Shown here in pieces: positions 27,801-37,104 of a stretch of 64,000 nt of DNA (positions within the stretch are counted from its first letter, which is position 1; every line of letters starts with the position of its first letter). Both the position numbers and the translations under genes were made by a program. The notes beneath the pieces were generated by a model that was not told the DNA's origin, did no database searches, and saw nothing but the letters and a program-made list of their open reading frames with translations. Source of the DNA: Candidatus Latescibacterota bacterium. Lineage in GTDB: Bacteria > Latescibacterota > UBA2968 > UBA8231. The stretch lies in the NCBI GenBank assembly GCA_965204725.1, contig OZ242005.1, forward strand, positions 480,001-544,000. The letters are read 5' to 3'.

Positions 27801-30800
27801 CTTGGTGGCCGGGTCGTTTTTTGCCCGCGATGACGAGGCGAGCTGCATCCTGCCGCTGGGCATGGCCGAGGCGCTGGGCGTTGCGGTCGGGGATCGGGTT
27901 GAGGTGTTCGGGCGGGCGCTCACGGTGCGCGGGATTGCCGCCCCCGAGCGGCTGGGTGCGCTGCGCGACCTCGACGGCGAGAGCCTGATGCCGGCCGATT
28001 TTGTCCTGTCGGGCGCGGAAGTGCTCCAGCTCGGGGCCGCACGGGCGGTGGATATTGCCGGCGAGGCGGATCCGCACGCGCTGCGGCCCTTCGTCCACCT
28101 AGAGCCGCACCACGTGGTCCTCGTGCCCTATCAGACGCTGGCCGAGGCCGGGGGTAGCTTGCGCTCGGTGGCCGTGCGCTTTCCGCCGGCGACCGACGGG
28201 CAGGCGCTGGTCGAGGACTATCTGACGCGGGTGGCGGCCACCCTGTTCGTCGGCTCGCCCACAGGAGAGGTGCTGGCCCTAAGCTCGGTGGGCCTGACGA
28301 CCGTGAAGGGGCTGGGGGTGCTGGCGATCCCGACGCTGGTGGCCGCGCTCATTGTGCTCAATGCGATGATGGGGGCGGTGTACGAGCGTCTGCGCGAGAT
28401 CGGCATCTACTCCGCGGTGGGGCTGGCCCCCTTGCACATCGCGTTGCTGTTCGTGGCCGAAGCCTGCGTCTATGCGGTGCTGGGGACGACGCTGGGCTAC
28501 TTGCTCGGCCAAGGGTTGGGGCGGGTGCTGTTGGGGCTGGGGCTGTTGCAGGGCCTGACCGTGAACTACTCGTCCTTGGCGGCCATTGGGGCCGCGCTAG
28601 GGGTGATGGGGGTGGTGTTGCTATCGACGATCTATCCGGCGCGGCAGGCAGCGCGGCAGGCAGTGCCCGACGTGGTGCGGCGCTGGCGGCCAGACCCGCC
28701 GGTCGGCGACGAGTGGCGGTTTGAGTTCCCCTTCATGCTCGGCGCGGGGGAAGTGGAGGGGGTGTGCGGTTTTTTGGCCAACTACTTTGGTGCCTTTGGC
28801 CGGGCGACGCTGGGGGATTTTTACGTCGAGGATATGCAGGTTACGCAGGCCGAGGGCTATCGCCTCGCGTTTGCGCTGTGGCTGGCCCCTTTTGACTTGG
28901 GGGTGAGCCAAGAGGTGGTCGTGGAGTTCGTGCCGGCCGGGGAGCAGGCGCGGGCGATGGAGGTCAGGCTGCGCCGGCGTAGCGGCGAACACCACTATTG
29001 GCAGCGGCTCAATCTGCGGCTGGTGGAGGCCCTGCGGAAGCAGATGTTGATTTGGTACGCGCTCAGGGAGGCCGAGCGCGTCCAGCATGTGGAGTCGGCT
29101 CGGGCGCTGGCGGCCGAGCAGGCCGAGGAGGGCGGGGAGGAACAAGCGGAGGCCGCACCGTCGGCGGCCTTTACTTGGCGGGGGTTTGCGGTGGGGGCGC
29201 TGTTGGCCTTGGGCATCGGCGTAGGGGCGCCCTATGCGGTGATTATGCTGCAAGGGTCGTTCATGGCGCTCAACAGCTCGTCGCCCGGGGCGATCTTCCT
29301 GTTTTTTATCTTGGTGATCGGGGTCAATACCCTGCTGCGGGTCCTCGGCCGCAGCCTCGCCTTGGGGCGGGCCGATTTGGTGCTCATTTACGCGATGATG
29401 CTGTTGGCGTCGGCCGTGCCCACGCAGGCGTTTGTCGGCTACCTGATTCCGATCATCAGCGGGCTGTACTACTACGCGACCCCGGAAAACAACTGGGGCG
29501 AGATTTTCTTTCCGCACGTGACGCCGTGGCTGGTGCCGCAGGACCGGCAGGCGATTGTCGATTTGCACGAGGGGCTGCCGCCCGGGGCGCGCATTCCGTG
29601 GGGGGCTTGGAGCGAGCCGCTGGGCTATTGGTACGCGTTCTTTTTGGCGCTGAGCTTTATGATGCTCTGCATGAGTTCCATCCTGCATCGGCAGTGGTCG
29701 CAGCACGAGCGGTTGGCCTATCCCATGGTGCAACTGCCGCTCAAGATGGTGGAGGAGGGCCGCCCGGGGTTTAAGCTGGCCCCGTTTTTTAAGCAGCGGC
29801 TGTTGTGGATCGGCTTTGCGGTGCCGTTCATTCTGCTGTCGTTCAAGGCGCTGCACTACTACTTCCCGGCGGTGCCAACGCCGCCTCAGTCGGCCGGGCA
29901 GCTCGCGTGGATCGGCGAGGGGACGACGCTAAAATTGGACTGGGTGTACGCGTGGATTGGCTTTTTTTATTTGGTCAACCTAGACATTTCCTTTTCTATA
30001 TGGTTCTTCTACGTCCTCAACAAGGCGCAAGAGGGGATTTTCGCCTCGTTGGGCATTGCCAGCAGCGAAAAGCTCAGTCTCTATTCCTTCTCCCAGACCG
30101 CGGACCTGACCCACGAGGTGATGGGGGCCTGTCTGATTTTCGTCGGCTACACCTTGTGGATGGGGCGGCGGCACTTAGGGGCGGTGTGGCGCAAGGCGTG
30201 GCGCGGCGACCCGGCGATAGATGATTCCGGGGAAATGCTTTCCTACCGGGTGGCGGTCTTTGGTTTTTTGGCCAGCCTGCTCTTCGTGGGCGTCTGGCTG
30301 TGGGCGTCCGGGGTGCCGCTGGCGATTTTGCCGCTGTTTTTGCTGGTGTGCTTGCTATTCTACGTGTTCGTCACGCGGGCGGTGGCCACGGCCGGGCTGG
30401 CGACGGCGCGCTCGCCGATGGTGGCGGCGTTTTTCATCATTTCTGCGGTCGGCGCACCGGCGATTGGGGCCAAGGGGCTGACGGCCCTGACCTTCACGTA
30501 CGTCTGGCAGTCTGAGATGCGGCTCTTTCCGATGATTGCCGCGGCGAATTCGCTCAAGCTGGCCGAAGCGGTGGCTGGGTCCAAAAGGCGGTTGTTTTGG
30601 GGGATGGCGCTGGCGTTGGTGGTGAGTTTGGCCGGGGCGACGTGGATCATTTTACAGGTGTGCTACGAGCATGGCGGGATCAACCTGCATCCGTTCTTTA
30701 TGACCCGTCAGGCCGGGCGCACGTTTGCCGACATGGCGCGGCCGATCGTCGAGCCGTTGCCAGCCGACGGGCGCGGTTGGTTGTTTACTGGCGTCGGCGG

Positions 30801-31089
30801 CCTCCTCGAGGCCGTACTCTTGTGGGGGCACCATCGGTTTTACTGGTGGCCGTTGCACCCGTTGGGGTTTATCGTCAGCGTGGGTTGGCTGGCCGGGCAG
30901 GTGTGGTTTTCGGTGTTTATCGCGTGGGCACTCAAGCTGGGCATTGTCAAATGGGGCGGGATGCCGCTCTACGAGCGGGCCAAGCCGCTTTTTTTAGGGC
31001 TGATTTTGGGCGAGGCGACCGCGGCCGGATTGTGGTTGTGCATCGACGGGGTGCTGGGCGAGACCGGGCATTTTCTGTCGTATATGTGA
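24829..31089 (+). CDS. Giant fusion: M28-like/PA domain + FtsX/MacB permease + DUF6785/DUF6784-like polytopic transporter
   Basis: Signal peptide; SRVAGYPG, HAYYD, APGAE, GLDLS (M28 fold); RRRPLRTGLTL and YERLREIG (FtsX); acidic linker; HERLAYPMVQLP, WPLHPLG, KPLFLGLILGE (DUF6785/6784-like); no internal stop. Confidence 0.8.
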   Translation: MIALNIAFLLVFAIGPVAASAGPRAVVEHLSSLGSRVAGYPGSDQAAAYVERRLQALGLATRRDTFAVVVPVDRGGRLEWEGESADLYAVWPNGARTSTVPPEGLRTTAIWGGDGDWGDFNGQEVAGRVVVLDFASGDAWLKAASLGARAVVFVGADSATTQQGQGKYARVPLDVPRFWLEGAAGERLRRRLAGGGAVEVGLWGRMDWQERPAYNVWAVVPGPGAGTVVVHAYYDAPSVVPARAPGAEAAVSVATLLEVAAQLQANPRAHTVVLAALSAHFQGRQGMVAFLDKHARSHPHYAARLAEPLSIDLFIGLDLSSHGEQVVLWNNTDSYALKRFFVPFGRRFAEYAAALGRAEAVANGISPIRGMDWDSYMPGGLAADGELALAAGFPSLTLATVGDARFALDLPLDASAGVAWDRVEGQAAWVAELLTHALADTALLAGRERLAEALKDRLRDLRVKARTFPRRSQVPDRPVPGALVAVQVEQEERKGVRDTRYFLADAAGVVRVPGLVQGTYPLAIAALDAERGAITHVVDLSTRAQAHHGKPRLDGRLAQNVRWLHNERTAVLFPGVGRPLYGLVEPRFLHALNEVKVLTAAGSEPRQYGYALGPSSIGSVGVIYGPAAAAATDRVKVILDGQFLLLNSEGRQSEAAARGRGFLLAEEGFGAATLQAARDVWTLDAARLEVLEKHGIENQRLTRLHAQAAGAIAQAEAAAEQRRWDEYVAWSRKALGLETRAYPEILATLNDVLKGVIFFMVLLVPAAFFGERLLFAAADIRRQLAGFGLLLLAIWLILAQVHPAFELAEPLVVLLAFAIMAMAALVLCMVVSRFNRVMAQHQSQQTRVHAQDLSRLSASYAAFMLGISNMRRRPLRTGLTLATLTLLTFTLLSFTSFEQQIRYASFRLPHAGAYPGILIRDRGWERLTPEALDYAESHFGGHGWLGRRGWYAAEGGKGGWIAVAAAGEAVRATGLLGLTPAEARITRVDESLVAGSFFARDDEASCILPLGMAEALGVAVGDRVEVFGRALTVRGIAAPERLGALRDLDGESLMPADFVLSGAEVLQLGAARAVDIAGEADPHALRPFVHLEPHHVVLVPYQTLAEAGGSLRSVAVRFPPATDGQALVEDYLTRVAATLFVGSPTGEVLALSSVGLTTVKGLGVLAIPTLVAALIVLNAMMGAVYERLREIGIYSAVGLAPLHIALLFVAEACVYAVLGTTLGYLLGQGLGRVLLGLGLLQGLTVNYSSLAAIGAALGVMGVVLLSTIYPARQAARQAVPDVVRRWRPDPPVGDEWRFEFPFMLGAGEVEGVCGFLANYFGAFGRATLGDFYVEDMQVTQAEGYRLAFALWLAPFDLGVSQEVVVEFVPAGEQARAMEVRLRRRSGEHHYWQRLNLRLVEALRKQMLIWYALREAERVQHVESARALAAEQAEEGGEEQAEAAPSAAFTWRGFAVGALLALGIGVGAPYAVIMLQGSFMALNSSSPGAIFLFFILVIGVNTLLRVLGRSLALGRADLVLIYAMMLLASAVPTQAFVGYLIPIISGLYYYATPENNWGEIFFPHVTPWLVPQDRQAIVDLHEGLPPGARIPWGAWSEPLGYWYAFFLALSFMMLCMSSILHRQWSQHERLAYPMVQLPLKMVEEGRPGFKLAPFFKQRLLWIGFAVPFILLSFKALHYYFPAVPTPPQSAGQLAWIGEGTTLKLDWVYAWIGFFYLVNLDISFSIWFFYVLNKAQEGIFASLGIASSEKLSLYSFSQTADLTHEVMGACLIFVGYTLWMGRRHLGAVWRKAWRGDPAIDDSGEMLSYRVAVFGFLASLLFVGVWLWASGVPLAILPLFLLVCLLFYVFVTRAVATAGLATARSPMVAAFFIISAVGAPAIGAKGLTALTFTYVWQSEMRLFPMIAAANSLKLAEAVAGSKRRLFWGMALALVVSLAGATWIILQVCYEHGGINLHPFFMTRQAGRTFADMARPIVEPLPADGRGWLFTGVGGLLEAVLLWGHHRFYWWPLHPLGFIVSVGWLAGQVWFSVFIAWALKLGIVKWGGMPLYERAKPLFLGLILGEATAAGLWLCIDGVLGETGHFLSYM

Positions 31090-31193
31090 GATTGAATAGG
31101 CGGAACGAACCCCGGCGGGTTGAACTGCCCGCCGTTTGCGGCGTATTCTATAGTATAGCGGTGCGTTATCATACATCGAGGATTCAACAGTCC

Positions 31194-32360
31194 ATGTTCG
31201 ACTCAAAGCGCGTGCGAGCGGTGCAAAGCCCGGTGATCCCGCATCTGGCCGCCCTCATCCGCGCCAACGAGGGCACCATTTCCCTCGGCCAAGGCGTGGT
31301 TCACTACCCGCCGCCGCCCCAAGCCATGCAGGCGATTGCCCAGTTTGGCGGCGCGATGGCCGAACACCACTATCAGGCCGCCCGCGGCCTGCCCGAACTC
31401 CGAGAAGGATTGCGCCAAAAGCTCGCGGCCGAGAATCAAATTGAGGTGGCCGACGACCAAGTTTTAATGGTCACGGCCGGTTCCAACATGGGCTTTTACC
31501 ACGCGTTGCTCGCCGTGGCCGACCCGGGCGACGAAATTGTCGTGATGGCGCCTTTTTACTTCAACCACGAAATGGCCGTCGCCCTAGCCAATTGCCGGGC
31601 CGTCGTCGTGCCTACGGACGATGCCTATCAGCTCGACCTCGGCGCGATTGAGGCCGCGATTACCGCGCGCACCCGCGCCGTAGTCACGATCTCGCCCAAC
31701 AACCCAACGGGCGCGGTGTATCGGCCCGAGGATTTGGCCGCGGTCAATCGGCTCTGCCGCGAGCGAGGCTGCTACCACTTTGCCGACGAGGCGTACGAGT
31801 ACTTCACCTATGGCGCGGCCCGGCACTTTTCGCCCGGCTCCCTGCCCCACAGCGCAGAGCACACGATCTCGCTCTTTTCCTTTTCTAAGGGCTATGGCCT
31901 CGCCAGTTGGCGGGTCGGCTACCTCGTGGCCCCGCGGCACCTGCTCAGTGCGCTGGAAAAGATCCAAGACACCGTGCTCATCTGCCCGCCGGTCATCTCG
32001 CAACGCGCCGCGCTCGGCGCGCTCTCGGCCGGGGCCGCGTACTGCGAGGGCTATCTCGCGGGTATGGACGCGGTTCGCCGGCTCTGCCTAGCGCGGCTCG
32101 GGGCGCTCGGCACGCGGGTTGAAGTGCCGGCGACCGAAGGGGCTTTTTATTTATTGGCGCGTCTGCAAACCGATCTCGACGCCATGGCGGTGGCCGCCCG
32201 CTTGGTGCGGGAGTACAAGGTCGCCGTCATCCCCGGCCATGCCTTCGGATTGAGCGCAGACTGCTATGTGCGCGTTGCCTACGGTGCCCTGCGCCAAGAG
32301 GACGTGGCCGAGGGCATGGATCGGCTCGTCGAGGGTTTGGGGCAGATTCTCTCCGCTTGA
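31194..32360 (+). CDS. PLP-dependent aminotransferase class I/II
   Basis: ISLGQG, SPNNPTG, DEAYEYF, SFSKGYGLASWRVG. Confidence 0.92.
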   Translation: MFDSKRVRAVQSPVIPHLAALIRANEGTISLGQGVVHYPPPPQAMQAIAQFGGAMAEHHYQAARGLPELREGLRQKLAAENQIEVADDQVLMVTAGSNMGFYHALLAVADPGDEIVVMAPFYFNHEMAVALANCRAVVVPTDDAYQLDLGAIEAAITARTRAVVTISPNNPTGAVYRPEDLAAVNRLCRERGCYHFADEAYEYFTYGAARHFSPGSLPHSAEHTISLFSFSKGYGLASWRVGYLVAPRHLLSALEKIQDTVLICPPVISQRAALGALSAGAAYCEGYLAGMDAVRRLCLARLGALGTRVEVPATEGAFYLLARLQTDLDAMAVAARLVREYKVAVIPGHAFGLSADCYVRVAYGALRQEDVAEGMDRLVEGLGQILSA

Positions 32361-32381
32361 CATGGTGAGCTATTTAAGCGT

Positions 32382-35213
32382 ATGTTTCGGCAGACAAAGA
32401 GCGACCTGAATCTGCATAAAGAATGCCCCAGAGGAAGTTCTCCACTTCTCTGCGATGTGGAACTTCGACAAACATTGTATTCGGTATTCTGGCGGGTTGG
32501 TCGCTCTTCTTTTGTTCTATTCGCCCTCCTGCTCTGGCCCGTAGTCCTGCGCGCCCAGCCCATCGCCACGGCCCCGAAGGCACTCGACTTGGGTGTAGTC
32601 GGCGTCGGCGTGGAGGCGCGGGCGTCCGTTTCCCTCAAAAATCTGCAAGACGACGCGCTTGAAGTGATCGTCGGCATTAGCGGTGCTGGTTTTGGCACGG
32701 CCGCGGATACGTTGCGCTTAGAAGCCGAGGGCCGCCGCCGCGTCGAAGTGCATTTCAGGGCGACCGCGCCCGGGGAATATGCGGGCGAGCTGATCGTGCA
32801 GGTGGCCTCCCTGTTTGCCGATGAGCGTCTAAGTGTGCCGCTCCAAGCAGTCGCGGTCGTGCCGACCCTAACGCTGCTGCCAGCCGAAGGACTGGATTTT
32901 GGCCCAGTGCCCGTCGGCCAAGCGGCTAGGGCGGCCCTTGTAGTCAAAAACACCGGCCTCGTGTCCGTGGTGGCCGGGCGGATGGCCGTTGCCGATCCCC
33001 AAGGCCCCTTTCGGGTTGAGGGCGACGTCGGCTCGTGGCCGGCTCCCGGCGATGAAATGCGGATTGACGTTGAGTTTGCGCCGACGCGGGCGGGGCCGGT
33101 CGCGACGGAATTCGTGGTCGTCGCGCCCGGTTCTGGGGATTGGTCCATCCCCTTGCGGGGGAGCGGTCTGGTGCCGCAAGCGGCCTTTTCGCCTCTCCCG
33201 CAAGTGGGCCTTGACTTTGGGATCGTCGAGGTGGGCCAGCGCCTAACGCGCCGCGTGACCGTCCTCAATCAGGGCCAGACCGAATTGCACCTTAAAAACG
33301 CCAGCCTTGAGGGCGCGGCGTTTGCCCTCGGAGGCGCGGACTCGGCGGCCACGCTTGCGCCCGAGGGGCGGCTCGACCTGAGCGCGGCGTTTGTGCCGCA
33401 GAGCGAAGGCGACCACAGCGGCGTCCTGCGCCTACACACCAGCGACCCGCAGGCCGCAGTGGTGGCCATCCCCCTCGCGGGTCGCGGCCAAATCAGCCCG
33501 CCGCGCATCGAGATTCTCAACGGCGGCCTAGACTTCGGCAGTGTGCCCATCGGCGAGACCGCACACGCGCATTTGCTGCTGTGGAACCGAGGAGGTCGGC
33601 CGGGCGTGGTGGAGGTTGCAATGGCCGCGGGCGAGGGCGTTGAATTTGAGCTCGAACAGCCCTCGGTCCTCGTCCAGCCTCGGGCCAGTGCCCAAGTCGC
33701 GCTGAGTTTCTCGCCCAAAGAAGCCGGGCCGCGCCAAGCTATTCTGCACGTCGAGGTTGAAGCCCAGCGCCAGACGGTGCGCTTGCAGGGCGTCGGCCAG
33801 TTTTTCGCCCTCAGTCCGGCGACCGTTGACTTCGGTCGAGTCGCGGTCGGCCAAAGCAGCAGTCGCGTCGTAGAAATAGCCAATGTGGGCAACGCCGACT
33901 TTGAGGTTCACCAGCTCCGCTCGACGAGCACTGAATTTACCGCCCATACCCCCATTGACGCGGACAACAAGTTCCTGTTGCCGGCCCACAGCCAGCGCAC
34001 CTTGCCGCTGCACGTGGCCTTCAGCCCGTCGGCCCGCGGCGCGATTTCGGGGACCTTGCGCTTAGACGGCTTGGGCGCGCAGGAGATGACGACGCTCGAC
34101 ATCCTGCTCAAGGGCAGCGGCATGGCCGCTGAAATCGATCTGCATCCGGCGGGCCTCGTTGATTTTGGCTATGTGGCCTTGGGGCAGCAGACGGAAAGGA
34201 CCTTTGTGGCGACCAACGTCGGCGATACCGTGCTGCAAGTCGAGGCGCATCCCCAAAGCGAGGAGGCCCGCGTCGCGCCAGCGCAATTCGCGTTGGCCCC
34301 GGGCGAATCCGTGCGCCTCACGCTCTTTTTCGCGCCCGATGCCTTGGGCGAGCGCCGCGGGCGCGTTTTGCTGGTCAGCAACGACGTCAAGGACCGCGCC
34401 CGGCCGCTCGAATACAAGGGGGACGGAGTGCTCGCAGACATCGACTTGGCGCGCATTGTCGAGGTCTTGATCGCGCACGGCGAGGAGCCCCAGCCCTTGG
34501 CTGTCGGCTGGAACAATACCCCGGTCGTGCAAAAAGACGGGACCAAAGTGGATGTGGCCTTTGCGATTTCCGACTCGCTGCGGCCGGCGCTCATCGGGCG
34601 CGAGCTGGTGGTCGAGTGGACCCCGCTCGACGAAAACTATGCCCCGAAAAAAGGCCGCACCCAAAAGCAGAAGGTCACCATCTACGAGTCGAGCGGCGAG
34701 CGCGTCTTGGTCGAGGACCTCAACTTGCGGCTGTCGGAAGAAGACAATCGCCGAGTGCGGCTCAAAATTACGACCCACAGCTACCCGGGTGCCCCGCCGC
34801 AGAGCGTGTCGCAGCTTTTGGAAGCCGGGGGTTGGAAGTGGGAATTTGAGGCCAAGCCGCTCGTTTCCTTTTTGACGATTCGCCCCGGGCGCGATTATAC
34901 CGACCGCGACGGCAACCCAGTCCAAGGCCAAACCGAGCGCCTGATCGGCTTGCCCGGGTTGGCCTTTGCCGGCTGGCACAACGTGGATAACCCGTTGATT
35001 TCCGGCATCCACTTCACGGCCATCGGCAATGTCCTCGAAGCCCTTTCAACCGAAAACTCGCTGGCCATTTCGCTGGGCGTGGCCGTTTCCTTTTACAAGG
35101 ATCAGTTTCTCTTTGGCTTTGGCTGGGACATTTACGACAGCCGACCCCGAGCCAAGAAGAAAGGCTCGCAGGACTACATTATGACCTTTAAGTACTCGGG
35201 GTTGTTCAAGTGA
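32382..35213 (+). CDS. Surface protein with six choice-of-anchor-D / ASH-type Ig-like repeats (true start probably near 32475)
   Basis: Six [LV]D[FL]G.V..G repeats with N.G motifs; signal peptide ending VLRA-Q; TTGACA-18-TATGTT overlaps the first ATG. Confidence 0.8.
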   Translation: MFRQTKSDLNLHKECPRGSSPLLCDVELRQTLYSVFWRVGRSSFVLFALLLWPVVLRAQPIATAPKALDLGVVGVGVEARASVSLKNLQDDALEVIVGISGAGFGTAADTLRLEAEGRRRVEVHFRATAPGEYAGELIVQVASLFADERLSVPLQAVAVVPTLTLLPAEGLDFGPVPVGQAARAALVVKNTGLVSVVAGRMAVADPQGPFRVEGDVGSWPAPGDEMRIDVEFAPTRAGPVATEFVVVAPGSGDWSIPLRGSGLVPQAAFSPLPQVGLDFGIVEVGQRLTRRVTVLNQGQTELHLKNASLEGAAFALGGADSAATLAPEGRLDLSAAFVPQSEGDHSGVLRLHTSDPQAAVVAIPLAGRGQISPPRIEILNGGLDFGSVPIGETAHAHLLLWNRGGRPGVVEVAMAAGEGVEFELEQPSVLVQPRASAQVALSFSPKEAGPRQAILHVEVEAQRQTVRLQGVGQFFALSPATVDFGRVAVGQSSSRVVEIANVGNADFEVHQLRSTSTEFTAHTPIDADNKFLLPAHSQRTLPLHVAFSPSARGAISGTLRLDGLGAQEMTTLDILLKGSGMAAEIDLHPAGLVDFGYVALGQQTERTFVATNVGDTVLQVEAHPQSEEARVAPAQFALAPGESVRLTLFFAPDALGERRGRVLLVSNDVKDRARPLEYKGDGVLADIDLARIVEVLIAHGEEPQPLAVGWNNTPVVQKDGTKVDVAFAISDSLRPALIGRELVVEWTPLDENYAPKKGRTQKQKVTIYESSGERVLVEDLNLRLSEEDNRRVRLKITTHSYPGAPPQSVSQLLEAGGWKWEFEAKPLVSFLTIRPGRDYTDRDGNPVQGQTERLIGLPGLAFAGWHNVDNPLISGIHFTAIGNVLEALSTENSLAISLGVAVSFYKDQFLFGFGWDIYDSRPRAKKKGSQDYIMTFKYSGLFK

Positions 35214-36159
35214 GCAGATGGCGGCACACCATGGCCGCGGCACACAAGTCTTGCGCGCCCATCCCCGTCAGGTAGGCCGCGCTCGGCGCGCCCGCGCCCA
35301 AGCGCCCGCAGGCCGCATCGCCGATGTCGAGCACCGCGCCCGCGGCGTTCCGCGCCAAGGAGATTTGCTCGGCGCGCCCCTGCTCGGCCGCCAAGCGGAA
35401 CTCTCCAGACCGCTCGGCTTGGGCGAGCACATCGACGACCACCGTGCGCTCGCAGAGCACTTCCGGCGCGAGTTGGCGCGTGCGACTGTCCCCGGCGATG
35501 ACCGCGAGGTACGGGACTTGGGCCAGCGCCGCGGCCGTCAAAATGGGCTGGGGCGTCGGCACGGCCGTCAACACGGCGTCGGCTCCAGCGATACACGTCG
35601 CTAGCGACGAGGCCACCCGCAGGGGTGCTCGCAGGGTTGGCCCGACCGCTTGGGCGAACTCCGCCCGGTTCGCCGCCCGGCGGCTCGTGCAGGCAATCTC
35701 TGCCAACTCAAAGAGTGCGTCGCAGGACAGGGCCAAGCTCCGCGCAATCCGGCCGGTCCCCAAGATGGCGATGCGCTCGATAGCCGCGCCCGCTAGGTAT
35801 TGGAGCCCCAGTGCCCCAGCCGCGCCGGTGCGCTGGTCGGTGATGTGCCCGGCCTCTAGCCGCCACGCCCGGCCCTGTTGCAGATCTTCAAATGCGATGT
35901 ACGCCTCCCGCTGGGCCAGCCGCCCGGTCGCCACGTCTGAAAGCTCTTCGATGATCTTGCGGGCGCGAAACTTCCCTGGCCATTCGGCCGGCATGTCGAG
36001 GCGAAAGGAATCGAGTGCGCCGCGCTTTTGGATGCACTCGGTGCGCGGTGGGTTGCTGATGACCCCCGCGCCATACTGCTCGAACGCTTGGTGACAGGCG
36101 GCGAGAAAATCAGCCGTGGAGAAGCGGTGGGCAAAGTCTTTTTCGCGCAGGATCTCCAT
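35206..36159 (-). CDS. Ornithine cyclodeaminase / mu-crystallin family
   Basis: ITDQRTGAAG, ILGTGRIA, TGMGAQDL. Confidence 0.8.
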   Translation of the reverse strand: MEILREKDFAHRFSTADFLAACHQAFEQYGAGVISNPPRTECIQKRGALDSFRLDMPAEWPGKFRARKIIEELSDVATGRLAQREAYIAFEDLQQGRAWRLEAGHITDQRTGAAGALGLQYLAGAAIERIAILGTGRIARSLALSCDALFELAEIACTSRRAANRAEFAQAVGPTLRAPLRVASSLATCIAGADAVLTAVPTPQPILTAAALAQVPYLAVIAGDSRTRQLAPEVLCERTVVVDVLAQAERSGEFRLAAEQGRAEQISLARNAAGAVLDIGDAACGRLGAGAPSAAYLTGMGAQDLCAAAMVCRHLLT

Positions 36160-36222
36160 GTCTCATCCTTTGTTTGCTTGACGTAACTTGCCGTTTTTTA
36201 TTCATTTAATGGCGTTGGAGCG

Positions 36223-36684
36223 ATGGAACGAGAAACCCCCAACATGCAGGAGTTCATTTTGTGGGGGCTGGCCGTTGTGGCCATAGCCCTTCTCCTCAAA
36301 GCGGCTTTCTGGCCGCACTCTGCGACTCCCCAGCCCACGCCCCAACGGGAAGTTCCCAAGCCGGAAGCCACTCCCCAGATCAGCCCCATTCGGGTCGAAA
36401 TCCTCAACGGCGGCGGCGAATCGCAAATCGCTGCCCGCCTCCGCAAAAAGGTACGCGCCCTCGGGCTAGACGTGATTCACGAAGGCAATGCACCGAGCTT
36501 CAATTACCTGCACACCCTCGTCGTCGATTTGGATGGCGATATTGAGCAAGCCCGACAAGTGGCGGATGTCTTGGGGATCCCTCATTTTATTCAACAGCAG
36601 AGAGACCAATTCAGCTTGGCGAGCGTCTCCATTATCATCGGGCGCGACTATCGCCGCATTGGCCTGCTCGACTCGGCCAAGTAA
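36223..36684 (+). CDS. LytR C-terminal domain protein
   Basis: N-terminal TM, VEILNGGG, GNAPSFNY, IIIGRDY; typical neighbour of rsfS. Confidence 0.8.
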   Translation: MERETPNMQEFILWGLAVVAIALLLKAAFWPHSATPQPTPQREVPKPEATPQISPIRVEILNGGGESQIAARLRKKVRALGLDVIHEGNAPSFNYLHTLVVDLDGDIEQARQVADVLGIPHFIQQQRDQFSLASVSIIIGRDYRRIGLLDSAK

Positions 36685-36696
36685 CGCCCCGGGAAA

Positions 36697-37104
36697 ATGC
36701 CCATGACCCAGTGCCAAGACCCGCGCATCAACCGCGTCGTAGAAATTTTACAAGATAAGAAGGCCCTCGCAATAACCTTGCTGGATCTACGCTCTATAAC
36801 CGACACCTGCGACTACTTCCTGCTCTGTACGAGCACCTCTGAGCAGCACACCCGCAGCCTCGTGGACGCGGTGCGGGACCAGCTCGTCGAGATAGGAGAA
36901 AAGCCTTGGCACATTGAGGGCACGGATGCCCAGCGCTGGGTTTTGCTCGATTACGTCGATTTCGTCGTCCACATCTTTCGCGCAGAGGCCCGCGATTTCT
37001 ACGCCCTAGAGAGGCTGTGGGGCGACGCGCAACGCACGGACTATGCCGCGCTAGACGCGCCCGAGGAAGCGGCGGAAACGCCCTTTGAATTTTCGACCTT
37101 CTAA
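36697..37104 (+). CDS. rsfS: Ribosome silencing factor
   Basis: DKKA, DYFLLC, WVLLDYVDFVVHIF, FYALERLWGDA. Confidence 0.93.
   Translation: MPMTQCQDPRINRVVEILQDKKALAITLLDLRSITDTCDYFLLCTSTSEQHTRSLVDAVRDQLVEIGEKPWHIEGTDAQRWVLLDYVDFVVHIFRAEARDFYALERLWGDAQRTDYAALDAPEEAAETPFEFSTF

Noticed and set aside
28621-29856. Long antisense ORFs (411 aa here; also 24733-25794, 47593-48645, 34062-35012)
   Set aside because: Shadow frames of GC-rich coding genes, with no motifs and biased composition.
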